Below are positions 9,541 to 19,850 of a DNA stretch of 64,000 bases, in pieces. The stretch is from Microcoleus sp. Its GTDB lineage: Bacteria > Cyanobacteriota > Cyanobacteriia > Cyanobacteriales > Microcoleaceae. The notes under the pieces were generated by a model. That model did not search any database. It worked only from the letters and a program-made list of their open reading frames with translations, and was not told where the DNA came from. A program made the position numbers and the translations under genes. The stretch is from assembly GCA_042408215.1 (NCBI GenBank), contig JAYFMW010000008.1, positions 224,001 to 288,000 on the forward strand, given 5' to 3'. The first letter of the stretch is position 1, and each line of letters starts with the position of its first letter.

Positions 9541-10434
9541 GTGGTAAAGTTTGGAAGAGTTCTGACTGCAATGATTACGCCGTTTAAGGAAGACGGCAGC
9601 GTTAACTATGCGGTAGCAGAGCAGTTGGCGGTGTATTTAGCCGATCGCGGTACGGATAGCTTGGTAGTGTGCGGAACTACGGGCGAGTCTCCCACTATGA
9701 CTTGGGATGAGGAGTATGAGTTATTCCGAGTGGTGCAGAAGGCGGTAGCTGGTAAAGCTAAGGTAATAGCGGGAGCAGGATCGAATTCTACTCGCGAGGC
9801 GATCGCAGCAACGCAAAAAGCAGCTACACTAGGGTTAGATGGCTGCTTGCAGGTGGTTCCTTATTATAACAAACCACCACAAGAAGGTTTGTACAATCAT
9901 TTTCGGGCGATCGCGCAATCTGCTCCAGAATTGCCTATAATGTTATATAACATCCCCGGTCGCACAGGCCAGAATATGTTGCCGGAGACGGTGGCTCGAT
10001 TGGCAGAAATCCCCAATATAGTAGCCGTAAAAGAAGCAAGTGGCAACTTGGATCAAGCCAGCCAAATTCGATGCTTGACACCGCCTGAATTTGCGATCTA
10101 TTCTGGAGATGATTCCCTAACTTTGCCGATGTTGGCGGTAGGAGGATCTGGTGTAGTTAGCGTAGCCAGCCATCTGGTAGGAGAGCAACTACAACAGATG
10201 ATCGAAGCTTTTGAGAGCGGTCAAGTTCAAGTCGCTACCCAGATTCACTTGCAACTATTTGACTTGTTTAAAGCTCTTTTTCTCACCACAAATCCCATTC
10301 CCGTCAAGACAGCTCTTAAACTTCAAGGCTGGGATGTAGGTTCCACCCGTCCGCCCCTGTGCGATCCCCCCATTGAGGTGACTCAAAAGTTAAAGGACGT
10401 GCTGAGTCAGTTAGCCCAGGTATCAGCTAGGTAG
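9541..10434 (+). CDS. dapA: 4-hydroxy-tetrahydrodipicolinate synthase
   Basis: [37 protein letters not shown]. Confidence 0.97.
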   Translation: MVKFGRVLTAMITPFKEDGSVNYAVAEQLAVYLADRGTDSLVVCGTTGESPTMTWDEEYELFRVVQKAVAGKAKVIAGAGSNSTREAIAATQKAATLGLDGCLQVVPYYNKPPQEGLYNHFRAIAQSAPELPIMLYNIPGRTGQNMLPETVARLAEIPNIVAVKEASGNLDQASQIRCLTPPEFAIYSGDDSLTLPMLAVGGSGVVSVASHLVGEQLQQMIEAFESGQVQVATQIHLQLFDLFKALFLTTNPIPVKTALKLQGWDVGSTRPPLCDPPIEVTQKLKDVLSQLAQVSAR

Positions 10435-10659
10435 ACAGGCGATCGCGAGTTTTCAGACAACTAAATATTTGGTTGTCATCAGTCATCAGTAATTAGTAAT
10501 TAGTCATTAGTCATTAACTTTTAGTAAGTAGCTAATAGTGAAGGATTAAAGACTGAGAATTAAAGATTGAAGGCCCAAGACAACTGACTGTACGGGAGAG
10601 TAAAACCCGTAGGGGATTTTTCCACAAATATCTTGGAAAAAATCGCCCCCATCAACGAA

Positions 10660-10970
10660 CAGAAGACGACAACAGACAGTAGAGAACAGACAGTAGACAA
10701 CAGACAGTAGACAACAGACAGTAGACAACAGACGTACCGGCAACAAACAACAGTCAACAGTCGTACCGCCAACAGTCGTAACGCCAACAAACAACAGTCG
10801 TACCGCCAACCGTCAACAGTCAACCGTCGTACCGCCAACAGTCAACAGTCGTACCGCCAACAGACAACAGTCGTAACGCCAACAAACAACAGTCGTACCG
10901 CCAACCGTCAACAGTCAACCGTCGTACCGCCAACAGACGTACCGCCAAATAACAAATAACAAAATAACTA
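10660..10970. repeat. Compound heptamer repeat tract (CAACAGA/CAACAGT/CAAATAA with interspersed GTACCGC)
   Basis: Visible directly in the dapA-rnj spacer. Confidence 0.88.
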
Positions 10971-10983
10971 ACAAAGGATACGC

Positions 10984-12858
10984 ATGATCAGAAATACAAC
11001 TGCACAGGCTCTAAAAGTGATTCCCCTCGGCGGGCTGCACGAAATCGGTAAAAACACTTGTGTGTTCGAGTACGGCGACGAAATAATTCTTTTGGATGCA
11101 GGTTTAGCATTCCCGACAGATGGAATGCACGGGGTAAATATTGTCCTCCCAGACATGACTTACCTGCGGGAAAATAGCCACAAAATCAAAGGTATGATCG
11201 TGACTCACGGTCACGAAGACCACATTGGTGGCATCCCTTATCACCTCAAAGAATTTGAAATTCCGGTGATTTACGGACCGCGTTTGGCGATGGCTTTGCT
11301 AGCCGGAAAACTGGAAGAAGCCGGAGTGTCTCACCGCACAGAATTGAGGACAGTTCGACCCCGCGATACCGTAAGAATTGGCAAACATTTCTTAGTCGAA
11401 TACATTCGCAACACTCACTCGATGGCCGACAGTTTCACGGTGGCAATTCACACTCCAGTGGGAATTTTGATCCACACGGGAGACTTTAAAATTGACCATA
11501 CTCCTGTAGACGGCGAGCATTTTGACTTGCAAAAACTGGCGGAGTACGGCGAAAGAGGCGTGCTGTGCTTGATCAGCGATTCTACTAACTCCGAAGTTCC
11601 GGGTTTTACGGCTTCAGAACGTTCTGTTGCTCCGAATTTAGACAGAATTATCGCTCAAGCAACGGGACGGGTACTGCTGACGACTTTTGCTTCGTCGGTA
11701 CACCGGTTGCAAATTGTTTTAGAATTGGCTAAGAAAAACAATCGGTATGTAGGAGTGGTTGGTCGATCGATGCTGAATGTCATCGCTCACTGCCGCAATC
11801 TCGGCTACATCAAATGCGAAGATAGTATCTTCAAACCGCTGAAAGAAATCCGCAATTTGGCTGAAGACAAGGTTTTGATTTTAACGACTGGTTCCCAAGG
11901 CGAACCGATGGCGGCGATGACTCGCATTGCTAACGGAGAACATCACGAACTGAAAATCAGAAAAGGCGATACAGTAATATTCTCAGCTAACCCAATTCCG
12001 GGAAATACGATCGCAGTGGTAAATACGATCGACAAATTGATGATGCTGGGCGCAAATGTAGTTTACGGGCGCGATAAAGGCATTCACGTTTCGGGACACG
12101 GTTGTCAAGAAGACCAAAAGTTAATGATTAACATGACTCGTCCCAAGTTCTTCTTGCCGGTGCACGGAGAACACCGGATGCTGGTTCAGCACTCGAAGAC
12201 GGCTCAAAGCATGGGCATTCCCGCTAGCAATATGGTGATTATTGACAACGGCGATGTCGTAGAATTGACCGAAAATTCGATGCGAGTGAGTGGTAAAGTG
12301 CCTTCAGGAATTGAATTAGTAGATTCTTCGCGATCGGGCGTAGTCAAAGCGAACGTGCTCAAGGAACGTCAGCAACTGGCCGGAGACGGCGCGGTAACGG
12401 TAGCGGCGGCTTTGAATTGGGAAGGCAAGTTAGTTGCTAAGCCAGAAGTCCACTTAAAAGGTGTAGTGACATCAGCCGATCGCGCGGAGGTGATCGGATT
12501 AATCACTCAAACCATTGAAACAGTTTTGAGCGATCGCTGGTCAGAATTTGTCCTACTTGCTAGTGGTGCTGACTCACAAGTTAATGTGGACTGGGTAGGA
12601 GTGCAAACCCAAATAGAAAAGGCAATTCAGCGAGTGCTGCGCCGCCAACTGCAAAGCAATCCGCTGCTGGTATTCATGATGCAAATTCCAGAAGAAGCAG
12701 TGCGATCGGAAATTGTGCAAAAAACTCAGCTTTCCATTGAAGCACCTAAACTAGCATCATCATCAGTACCATCTCCAGTACCAGCCCCTGTGAATAAAGT
12801 AACAGGTCGTCGGCGTCCGAGGACTGCTGCTGCAAAAGTAGCTTCCGTCGCTTCCTAG
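10984..12858 (+). CDS. rnj: Ribonuclease J
   Basis: IPLGGLHEIGKN, THGHEDHIGG, HTGDFKID, TGSQGEP, IHVSGH, PVHGE; conserved dapA-rnj order. Confidence 0.97.
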   Translation: MIRNTTAQALKVIPLGGLHEIGKNTCVFEYGDEIILLDAGLAFPTDGMHGVNIVLPDMTYLRENSHKIKGMIVTHGHEDHIGGIPYHLKEFEIPVIYGPRLAMALLAGKLEEAGVSHRTELRTVRPRDTVRIGKHFLVEYIRNTHSMADSFTVAIHTPVGILIHTGDFKIDHTPVDGEHFDLQKLAEYGERGVLCLISDSTNSEVPGFTASERSVAPNLDRIIAQATGRVLLTTFASSVHRLQIVLELAKKNNRYVGVVGRSMLNVIAHCRNLGYIKCEDSIFKPLKEIRNLAEDKVLILTTGSQGEPMAAMTRIANGEHHELKIRKGDTVIFSANPIPGNTIAVVNTIDKLMMLGANVVYGRDKGIHVSGHGCQEDQKLMINMTRPKFFLPVHGEHRMLVQHSKTAQSMGIPASNMVIIDNGDVVELTENSMRVSGKVPSGIELVDSSRSGVVKANVLKERQQLAGDGAVTVAAALNWEGKLVAKPEVHLKGVVTSADRAEVIGLITQTIETVLSDRWSEFVLLASGADSQVNVDWVGVQTQIEKAIQRVLRRQLQSNPLLVFMMQIPEEAVRSEIVQKTQLSIEAPKLASSSVPSPVPAPVNKVTGRRRPRTAAAKVASVAS

Positions 12859-12872
12859 TTGCGATCGTGATT

Positions 12873-13820
12873 TTCAACGGCAGATGAACGGAAACGAACG
12901 TAGATAGATTAGATTTAATAATTATCTGCGTTCATCTGTGTTTATCTGCCCCCATCTGCGGTTAAAGAACCAGAGGAATTAAAACTTTGATTTCAAGTGA
13001 AGAGTTAGTGCCAATAGGAGCTCAAAGAGCGATCGGCCATAAAAAAGAAGGATTACCTATTGACTGTGATGGATTTTTCATGGTATATTTTAGATAATGG
13101 GAGTGGTGGCAAAAATAAAAAAATTGCCACCACTCCCATTATCTAATTGTACTTGATGAAAAGCTGAAAGTCAAGCATTTAACCCGAAAAAAAAATGGCT
13201 TTTTTTTTATTTCAATGAAGTAAAAATTCCTGACGATAGCAACAGCTAAGGCTAATCGATTGGGGATTGGGGATTGAAGAATTGGAGAATCAATCGATTT
13301 CAAGGGCAGATGAACGGAAACGAACGTAGATAGATTAGATTTAATAATTATCTGCGTTCATCTGTGTTTATCTGCCCCCATCTGCGGTTAAAGAACCAGA
13401 GGAATTAAAACTTTGATTTCAAGTGAAGAGTTAGTGCCAATAGGAGCTCAAAGAGCGATCGGCCATAAAAAAGAAGGATTACCTATTGACTGTGATGGAT
13501 TTTTTATGGTATATTTTAGATAATGGGAATGCTGGCAAAAATAAAAAAATTGCCACCACTCCCATTATCTAATTGTACTTGATGAAAAGCTGAAAGTCAA
13601 GCATTTAACCCGAAAAAAAAATGGCTTTTTTTTTATTTCAATGAAGTAAAAATTCCTGACGATAGCAACAGCTAAGGCTAATCGATTGGGGATTGGGGAT
13701 TGAAGAATTGGAGAATCAATCGATTTCAACGGCAGATGAACGAAAAGGAACGCAGATAGATTTGATTTAATCATGATCTGCGTTCATCTGTGTTGATCTG
13801 CCCCCATCTGCGGTGAAAAA
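12873..13820. repeat. Tandem duplication of a 426-bp non-coding unit, bounded by three copies of a GCAGAT/ATCTGC palindromic repeat
   Basis: CAGATGAACG recurs at 12881, 13307 and 13733 (period 426). The two intervening segments are nearly identical. Confidence 0.92.
13060..13174. promoter_or_regulatory. Convergent sigma70-like promoters flanking a 23-bp perfect inverted repeat (second copy 426 bp downstream)
   Basis: Plus strand: TTGACT(13060)-N18-TATATT(13084), with TG extended -10. Minus strand: TTGACT(13174)-N17-TACAAT(13151). Palindrome spans 13090-13146. Confidence 0.55.
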
Positions 13821-14096
13821 TCAACCACCAGCAACCGCCGGTACAATACTCACTTCATCACCATCTTTGAGAGCAGTTTCAGTACCTTCCAAAAACCGGA
13901 TATCTTCACTGTTGACGTAGAAGTTCAAAAATCTGCGAGGTGCTCCTTGTTCATCGCACAGGCTTTTTTTGATGCCGGGACAATTTGTTTCGAGGGATTC
14001 AATCAGTTCGGAAATATTATCACCGCCGCATTCTATTGTGGCTTGATTGTTGGTGAATTTTTGCAGTGGTGTGGGAATTAAAACTTTAACAGTCAT
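13821..14096 (-). CDS. MoaD/ThiS-family sulfur carrier protein
   Basis: Beta-grasp protein of 91 aa ending in [14 protein letters not shown]; lies downstream of thrC. Confidence 0.93.
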   Translation of the reverse strand: MTVKVLIPTPLQKFTNNQATIECGGDNISELIESLETNCPGIKKSLCDEQGAPRRFLNFYVNSEDIRFLEGTETALKDGDEVSIVPAVAGG

Positions 14097-14102
14097 TTTT
14101 TT

Positions 14103-14352
14103 AGTCCTTAGTCAGTAGTCAGTAGTCAGTAGTCAGTAGTCAGTAGTCAGTAGTCAGTAGTCAGTAGTCCTTAGTCAGTAGTCCTTAGTCAGTAGTCCTT
14201 AGTCAGTAGTCCTTAGTCAGTAGTCCTTAGTCAGTAGTCCTTAGTCAGTAGTCAGTAGTCAGTAGTCAGTAGTCAGTAGTCAGTAGTCAACAGCTTAATA
14301 ACGAATAACTAATGACTAATAACTAATAACTAATGACTGATGACTAATAACT
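14103..14352. repeat. (TAGTCAG)n / TAGTCCT / ACTAATA heptamer-based repeats
   Basis: Visible directly in the sequence. Confidence 0.92.
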
Positions 14353-14353
14353 A

Positions 14354-15652
14354 TTAAACCGAAACTTGCTGCCATTCTAGGCGTTCAAGTGTCCGAGCAC
14401 GTTCTAGGGCACGCTCGAAGGCTTCTAGTTTTGGTTCGAGGGTTATGGGTTCGCCGATGTAACCGGCAACTGCTTCTTGGGTTTTCAAGCCATTGCCGGT
14501 GATGTAGACGACGGTGGTTTCGTCGGGGTTGATCTTACCTGCTTCTACGAGTTTCTTCAAGACTGCGATCGTGGTGCCGCCTGCGGTTTCGGTGAAGATG
14601 CCTTCGGTTTCTGCTAGCAGTTTCATGCCTTCGATGATTTCGGTGTCGCTGACGGATTCGATGTTGCCGCCTGTTTTGCGGGCGACTTCGAGGGCGTACA
14701 TACCGTCTGCTGGATTGCCGATCGCGATCGACTTAGCAATTGTATTTGGTTTGACTGGCTTCACGAAATCGCGGCCTTCGCGGAATGCTTGGGCGATGGG
14801 GGAACAGCCGTCAGCTTGGGCTCCGCTGAACCGGACTGGTTTGTCGTCTACTAAGCCGACTTCGACGAATTCTTGAAAGCCTTTGTAAATCTTTGTGAAC
14901 AAAGAGCCGGAAGCGAGGGGGGCGACGATGTGGTCGGGCAATTGCCAGCCTAGCTGTTCGGCAACTTCGTAGCCGAGGGTTTTCGAGCCTTCGGAATAGT
15001 AGGGACGCAAGTTGATGTTGACAAATCCCCAGCCGTGTGTATTGGCTACTTCGCAACAGAGGCGGTTAACTTGGTCGTAGTTGCCGTGAACTGCCATGAC
15101 AGTTGGATTGTAAATCAGGGTGCCGAGGACTTTGCCTGATTCTAAGTCGGAGGGGATGAAGACTACGCAGTCGAGTCCGGCGTGGGCTGCGATCGCCGCA
15201 GTAGAGTTAGCTAAATTGCCAGTGCTGGCACAGGATACTGTTGTGAAACCCAATTCTCTGGCTCTGCTGAGGGCAACTGACACCACTCTGTCTTTGAAAC
15301 TGAGAGTGGGCATATTGACAGCATCATTTTTAATATAAAGATTTTTTAGACCCAGGCGGCGGGCTAGGCGGTGGGATTTTACTAGAGGAGTCATGCCGGT
15401 GCCGACATCGATCACGTTATCTGTAGCGACTGGCAGAAATGCCCGGTAACGCCAGATCGAGTTGGGCCCGGCTTGGATGGTTTGTCTGGTAACGGTGCGG
15501 CGGATCGCGTCGTAGTCATACTTGACCTCAAGCGGCCCGAAACAGCAATCGCAGACGTGTTTGGCTTGAAGTTCGTACTCTGCGCCGCATTCTTTGCACT
15601 TGAGGGCTGTGAAGGTAGCTGCTGTCGATTGGGTTCTGGTCGCCTGGGTCAT
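14354..15652 (-). CDS. thrC: Threonine synthase (PLP-dependent)
   Basis: PTLSFKDR PLP-lysine motif, CASTGNLANS, EGSKTLGYE, YITGNGLKT. Confidence 0.93.
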   Translation of the reverse strand: MTQATRTQSTAATFTALKCKECGAEYELQAKHVCDCCFGPLEVKYDYDAIRRTVTRQTIQAGPNSIWRYRAFLPVATDNVIDVGTGMTPLVKSHRLARRLGLKNLYIKNDAVNMPTLSFKDRVVSVALSRARELGFTTVSCASTGNLANSTAAIAAHAGLDCVVFIPSDLESGKVLGTLIYNPTVMAVHGNYDQVNRLCCEVANTHGWGFVNINLRPYYSEGSKTLGYEVAEQLGWQLPDHIVAPLASGSLFTKIYKGFQEFVEVGLVDDKPVRFSGAQADGCSPIAQAFREGRDFVKPVKPNTIAKSIAIGNPADGMYALEVARKTGGNIESVSDTEIIEGMKLLAETEGIFTETAGGTTIAVLKKLVEAGKINPDETTVVYITGNGLKTQEAVAGYIGEPITLEPKLEAFERALERARTLERLEWQQVSV

Positions 15653-15987
15653 AGCTAAACTCTCTAGTTTTGCGATGTTTTCTTAGTCTTGTGCAAGATT
15701 AGCACGGTCAATTTACCCCGTCAACCATACCCGATTTTTTTAGTCGGGATTGATTTTTCAGTTAAACAGTGGTGTATTTAACTTTGATATTTGGGCGGGC
15801 GGGACGCCCAACCCCTACTCCCCACAAGGATTTGACTTGTTTTCAGGATCGGGCTCTTAATCCAGATTGTCACGCCCGCACGCAAGCCCGATCGCACTCC
15901 AGGATGATTGGCCGACGAATTTGTTACAAAACTTAATATTTTGGTTTGGGGTTGACAATTTGGCAGTCGTGCGATCGAAAACAAGAA

Positions 15988-16208
15988 GTCATTAGTCAGT
16001 AGTCAGTAGTCAGTAGTCATTAGTCAGTAGTCAGTAGTCAGTAGTCATTAGTCAGTAGTCAGTAGTCATTAGTCCGTAGTCAGTAGTCAGTAGTCATTAG
16101 TCAGTAGTCAGTAGTCATTAGTCCGTAGTCAGTAGTCAGTAGTCATTAGTTTTGGTGATTTACGACCCATGCCCCATGCCCCATGCCCCATGCCCCATGC
16201 CCCATGCC
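15988..16208. repeat. (TAGTCAG/TAGTCAT)n and (CCCCATG)n heptamer repeats
   Basis: Visible directly downstream of moaD. Confidence 0.9.
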
Positions 16209-16469
16209 CTACCCGCCGCTGACAGGGGGAATCAGTACAACTTCGTCGCCGTCTTGGAGGATGGTGTCGGGGGAGACGAATTCCAGGTTGAGCCCGAAGC
16301 GGGTGCGATCGCGCCACTGTTCTAATTGGGGATGTTGGGCGATCGCACGTTCTAGAACCTGGGACACTGGGGTGAGGAGTGGAAATTCCAATGTTTGTTC
16401 AGAAACACCGTAGGCTTCGCCGAAAGCGGCGAACAGTTTAACAGTGATGGTAATCAAAGAGTTAGACAC
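16209..16469 (-). CDS. moaD: Molybdopterin converting factor small subunit-like protein
   Basis: VTVKLFA N-terminus and DGDEVVLIPPVSGG C-terminus. Confidence 0.88.
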   Translation of the reverse strand: MSNSLITITVKLFAAFGEAYGVSEQTLEFPLLTPVSQVLERAIAQHPQLEQWRDRTRFGLNLEFVSPDTILQDGDEVVLIPPVSGG

Positions 16470-16655
16470 AATAATTAAGAGTTAGGAACTTTAGCCAACG
16501 CTCAAATACACAATACAATTAATTGGGAATTAGACGCGCAGAGGCTTAAAATCTGGTTGTTAAGTGCAGTTGGGAAGTCCAGAAACTTTACCCAGCTTAG
16601 TAAGCCATTAGTTTGATCTAAGAATAATAGTGAAGTTCGCGCGATCGGGAGATAT

Positions 16656-16943
16656 ATGGCAAATAATGATTTTAAAGTGCTTCAAATTATTGAAGCTAAG
16701 GGCTGGTATGCCTTTGGAAGTACCAAGCAAAGCCAGCACATAGAGAGGTGGGTAAGACCTGTGGTGTGTTGGGTGTTAGTAGAAGATAAAAAAAAGCGGC
16801 GCATTGTGACTGCTACCGCTAGCTATCAGATCGAAATTGACGATAAAGAAGTCGAGTTTTTTGCCCACGAAAGCGAAATTCAAGATTTAGAGAGTCTCCC
16901 GAAGTCGGTTTCGGTATCAGAATTTCTCAAAACAGAAGATTGA
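16656..16943 (+). CDS. Hypothetical protein (95 aa)
   Basis: ATG preceded by GGGAG; globular-looking composition; no family recognised. Confidence 0.6.
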   Translation: MANNDFKVLQIIEAKGWYAFGSTKQSQHIERWVRPVVCWVLVEDKKKRRIVTATASYQIEIDDKEVEFFAHESEIQDLESLPKSVSVSEFLKTED

Positions 16944-17086
16944 GGGAGCGATAGAAAGACCTTGTTTAACAAGTTATTAATTATTCCTTAGTAATTCCTT
17001 AAACTTGCTATTGGATTTTAGTTGAATAAAAACGATGAAGCGGAATTGGGCATGGGGCCTGGGGCCTGGGGCATTAATCAGCCTCC

Positions 17087-17567
17087 TTCTTGCTTCTTCC
17101 TTCTTCTTTCTTGCTTCTTCTTTCTTGCTTCTTCCTTCTTGCTTCTTCCTTCTTGCTTCTTCCTTCTTCCTTCTAAAAAATAAAGAGGGCGGAAGATTGC
17201 AGGCAATGCCAACACGCTTCCGACCTTTGCTGAATAACAGGGTATGCATATGTTTTTATATTATGGCAGGCTGGTTTTCGCTCGATCAAGAGGGCTATTG
17301 CAATCACCCACTTTTGCTTTGAGGCTGTGTTTGCAAGGCTCCTAATATTTTAGACTGGAACTTTTAAATTTGAGATGGGGCATAGGGCATAGGGCATAGG
17401 GCATGGGGCATGGGGCATGGGGCATGGGGCATTGGGAATGAAGAAACTCAACAGTCAACAGTCAACAGTCAACAGTCAAATAACAAATAACAAATAACAA
17501 ATAACAAATAACAAAGATGGGGCATAGGGCATAGGGCATAGGGCATAGGGCATGGGGCATGGGGCAT
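17087..17567. repeat. Cluster of heptamer repeats (TTCTTGC, GGGCATA/GGGCATG, CAACAGT, CAAATAA)
   Basis: Visible directly in the sequence; the ORFs called here are repeat-derived. Confidence 0.88.
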
Positions 17568-17688
17568 GGACTCAAATCTCAAATCGGTTGACATCCGGGA
17601 AAAACCAAGTCAAGGGTAAGCAGAATGCTTACCCCACAAGAGTTTTTGGAGATGTCTAATCAGCTCGAACGCTGCAACCGCTTAGAGT

Positions 17689-19068
17689 TCAAACCGGACT
17701 AGCAACAGGTTCAGGCTTCTGAGAATGGCGCATCCGCCGCCCAGTCATCACCATCCGCACGCCGCCGGCAGGCCCTAAAGTGACCCCTCGACGCTTCGGT
17801 TGCACAGGTTTGTTCTCGGCCAATGCTAGGTCGAAATCCCGCAAAATATTTGCCAGCACCAGTTTCATCTCCAACTGCGCCAGAGCCATGCCGATGCAGC
17901 GACGGCTTCCCCCTCCAAAGGGCGCATACTCGTAAGGCGAGAATTGCCTCTCCAAAAACCGTTCTGGTTTAAATTGCAGGGGTTCTGGATACAAATCTTC
18001 GCGACGGTGGGTTAAATAAATCGAGCCGACCACAACTGTACCCGGTTCGAGTTGATATCCCATTAGTTCCACAGGCGACTTGACTACTCGCGGAAATGTC
18101 AGCATTGCTACCGGATAAATCCGCAGCGTCTCTTGACAAACTGCACTCAGGTATGGTAAGCGGAAAATCTCCATCGGGTCTGGATTTTCCCCCAAACTGT
18201 CCAATTCTTCCAGCAGTTTCTGGCGCACTGAGGGGAAACTGTGAATCCAGTAAAATGCCCAAGCTAGGGCTGTGGCTGTGGTTTCGTGACCGGCAAACAG
18301 CAGCGTCATCAACTCGTCGCGCAATTCTTCATCAGTCATCGGTTGCCCGTTTTCGTCGCGGGCGGCCATCATTAAGCTGAGAATGTCGGTGCGGTTGGCG
18401 TCTGGTTGCTCTTTCCGTTCGGCAATTTCGGCGTAAATCAGTTCGTCAATTTTTCGCTGTCGCTGTTTCATGCGTCCCCAAGGACTCCAGGGCCCCCAAT
18501 CTTGCTGCATCCAGCCGAAAAATAGCATACTCGATCGCAGGGGAGAACCAGTCAAATCGACAAGTGAAGCAAGTAGGGGTCTGAGTTCTTGGAATCGCGG
18601 GCCGTCATCCAAGCCGAACACAGCGTGCAAAATGACACGCATGGTGACTTCTTGCATGGCGGTGCGGGCGAAAAAAGGTCGATCGACCGACCATTTGCTG
18701 GCAACATCTAAAGCAATATCGCAAATTTGCTGGCCGTAGTTCCGCATCCGTTCCCCATGAAAGGGGGGCATCAATAATTGGCGCTCCCGTTTGTGCCTCT
18801 CGCCGGAGAGGAGCATCATGGATTGTTCTCCCAGCACGGGTTTTAGGATGCTGTTCAGGTGGCCGGGAGCTTCAAAAGCGCTGCTGTTGAGCATTTCCTG
18901 CACCGCTTGCGGGTGGTCGATCATCACCAATGGTTCGATGTTGCCCCATTGAGTTGTGAAAATGTCACCGTATTGATTAGCACATTTATCCATGTATGTC
19001 AACGGATCGGCGATCCATTGAATTAGCTGCACAAATGGCAGAGTTTTGGGGCCGTTAGGTAGTGTCAT
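17689..19068 (-). CDS. Cytochrome P450 (CYP110-like)
   Basis: AGHETTA I-helix, ETLR, PERF, FGGGSRRCIG heme-binding motif. Confidence 0.96.
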   Translation of the reverse strand: MTLPNGPKTLPFVQLIQWIADPLTYMDKCANQYGDIFTTQWGNIEPLVMIDHPQAVQEMLNSSAFEAPGHLNSILKPVLGEQSMMLLSGERHKRERQLLMPPFHGERMRNYGQQICDIALDVASKWSVDRPFFARTAMQEVTMRVILHAVFGLDDGPRFQELRPLLASLVDLTGSPLRSSMLFFGWMQQDWGPWSPWGRMKQRQRKIDELIYAEIAERKEQPDANRTDILSLMMAARDENGQPMTDEELRDELMTLLFAGHETTATALAWAFYWIHSFPSVRQKLLEELDSLGENPDPMEIFRLPYLSAVCQETLRIYPVAMLTFPRVVKSPVELMGYQLEPGTVVVGSIYLTHRREDLYPEPLQFKPERFLERQFSPYEYAPFGGGSRRCIGMALAQLEMKLVLANILRDFDLALAENKPVQPKRRGVTLGPAGGVRMVMTGRRMRHSQKPEPVASPV

Positions 19069-19161
19069 CTGTCTTCCTAGTATCATCTCCCAGCCCCCCT
19101 TTTTTTAAAGGGAAGTGGGTAAGTCCCATCTCCAATAATTTTAATCGCTTATTCTCGAAGG

Positions 19162-19638
19162 GTGTTCAAAATGTTCTCTCCAAGCTCTGTAAAACGAACT
19201 GTTTTAATTGGCCAAGGAGAAAGCAGATTTTTGTGCAGCACCTCTACTGGCGTGCTGGTGACGGTATACCAAAACCCTCAAGGTGCGATCGAGCCTTGGA
19301 TTGAGTGGGCTTCGGATTACTTTGCTAGTTCTGGCTACGATCCTCTAACCCGCTGTCAACAAGTGACTCAGCGCCTGGATAATTATAACCGCAACCAACA
19401 GCTAAATTATGTCACTGTCGGTATGGTAAATAATCAGAAAGTGATTTGCACGACTAGCCGCGTGAATGGGCCTTGCGAAGGTTTGATCTACACACTGCGC
19501 CGCGATCGAGATCCGATTCCTGCACTTAGCAGTTTCTTTGTTTGGCTGGCGAATCAAAAGGCCTTGCCTTCTCTTTCTGAAAGCGGTACTATACCTTATA
19601 TAGATGTCCGGGAACGGCTGGAACGATTTGAGATTTGA
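19162..19638 (+). CDS. COP23-domain-like protein (start uncertain)
   Basis: RFLC...W.SDYF..SGYDP..RCQQVT.RL...YVTVG.VN.Q.VIC....C.GLIYTL pattern typical of cyanobacterial COP23 proteins; no clear signal peptide. Confidence 0.7.
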   Translation: MFKMFSPSSVKRTVLIGQGESRFLCSTSTGVLVTVYQNPQGAIEPWIEWASDYFASSGYDPLTRCQQVTQRLDNYNRNQQLNYVTVGMVNNQKVICTTSRVNGPCEGLIYTLRRDRDPIPALSSFFVWLANQKALPSLSESGTIPYIDVRERLERFEI

Positions 19639-19850
19639 GATTTGAGATTTGAGATTAATTAGTAATGGGTAAACCCAGAAGCCCGACTTCGCAGAAGTTG
19701 TCGGGGATCTAAAAGAACTACTTATCAGCTTAAAATTTGAGATATTTCACTTATTTATCATTTACATAACAGAAGTGATGATTTTTTGGAACACGGAAGT
19801 TATAAAATTACTCTTACATCGATCGAATTGAAATTTTTTAGGTATCAAGC

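Noticed and set aside
10546..10838. Cys/Leu/Val-rich minus-strand ORFs
   Set aside because: They are products of the repeat tract, not plausible proteins.
12873..13820. CRISPR mini-array
   Set aside because: The repeats are about 90 bp and the two ~330-bp 'spacers' are copies of each other.
16977..17322. Lys/Glu-rich and Phe/Leu-rich overlapping ORFs
   Set aside because: Both derive from (TTCTTGC)n repeats.
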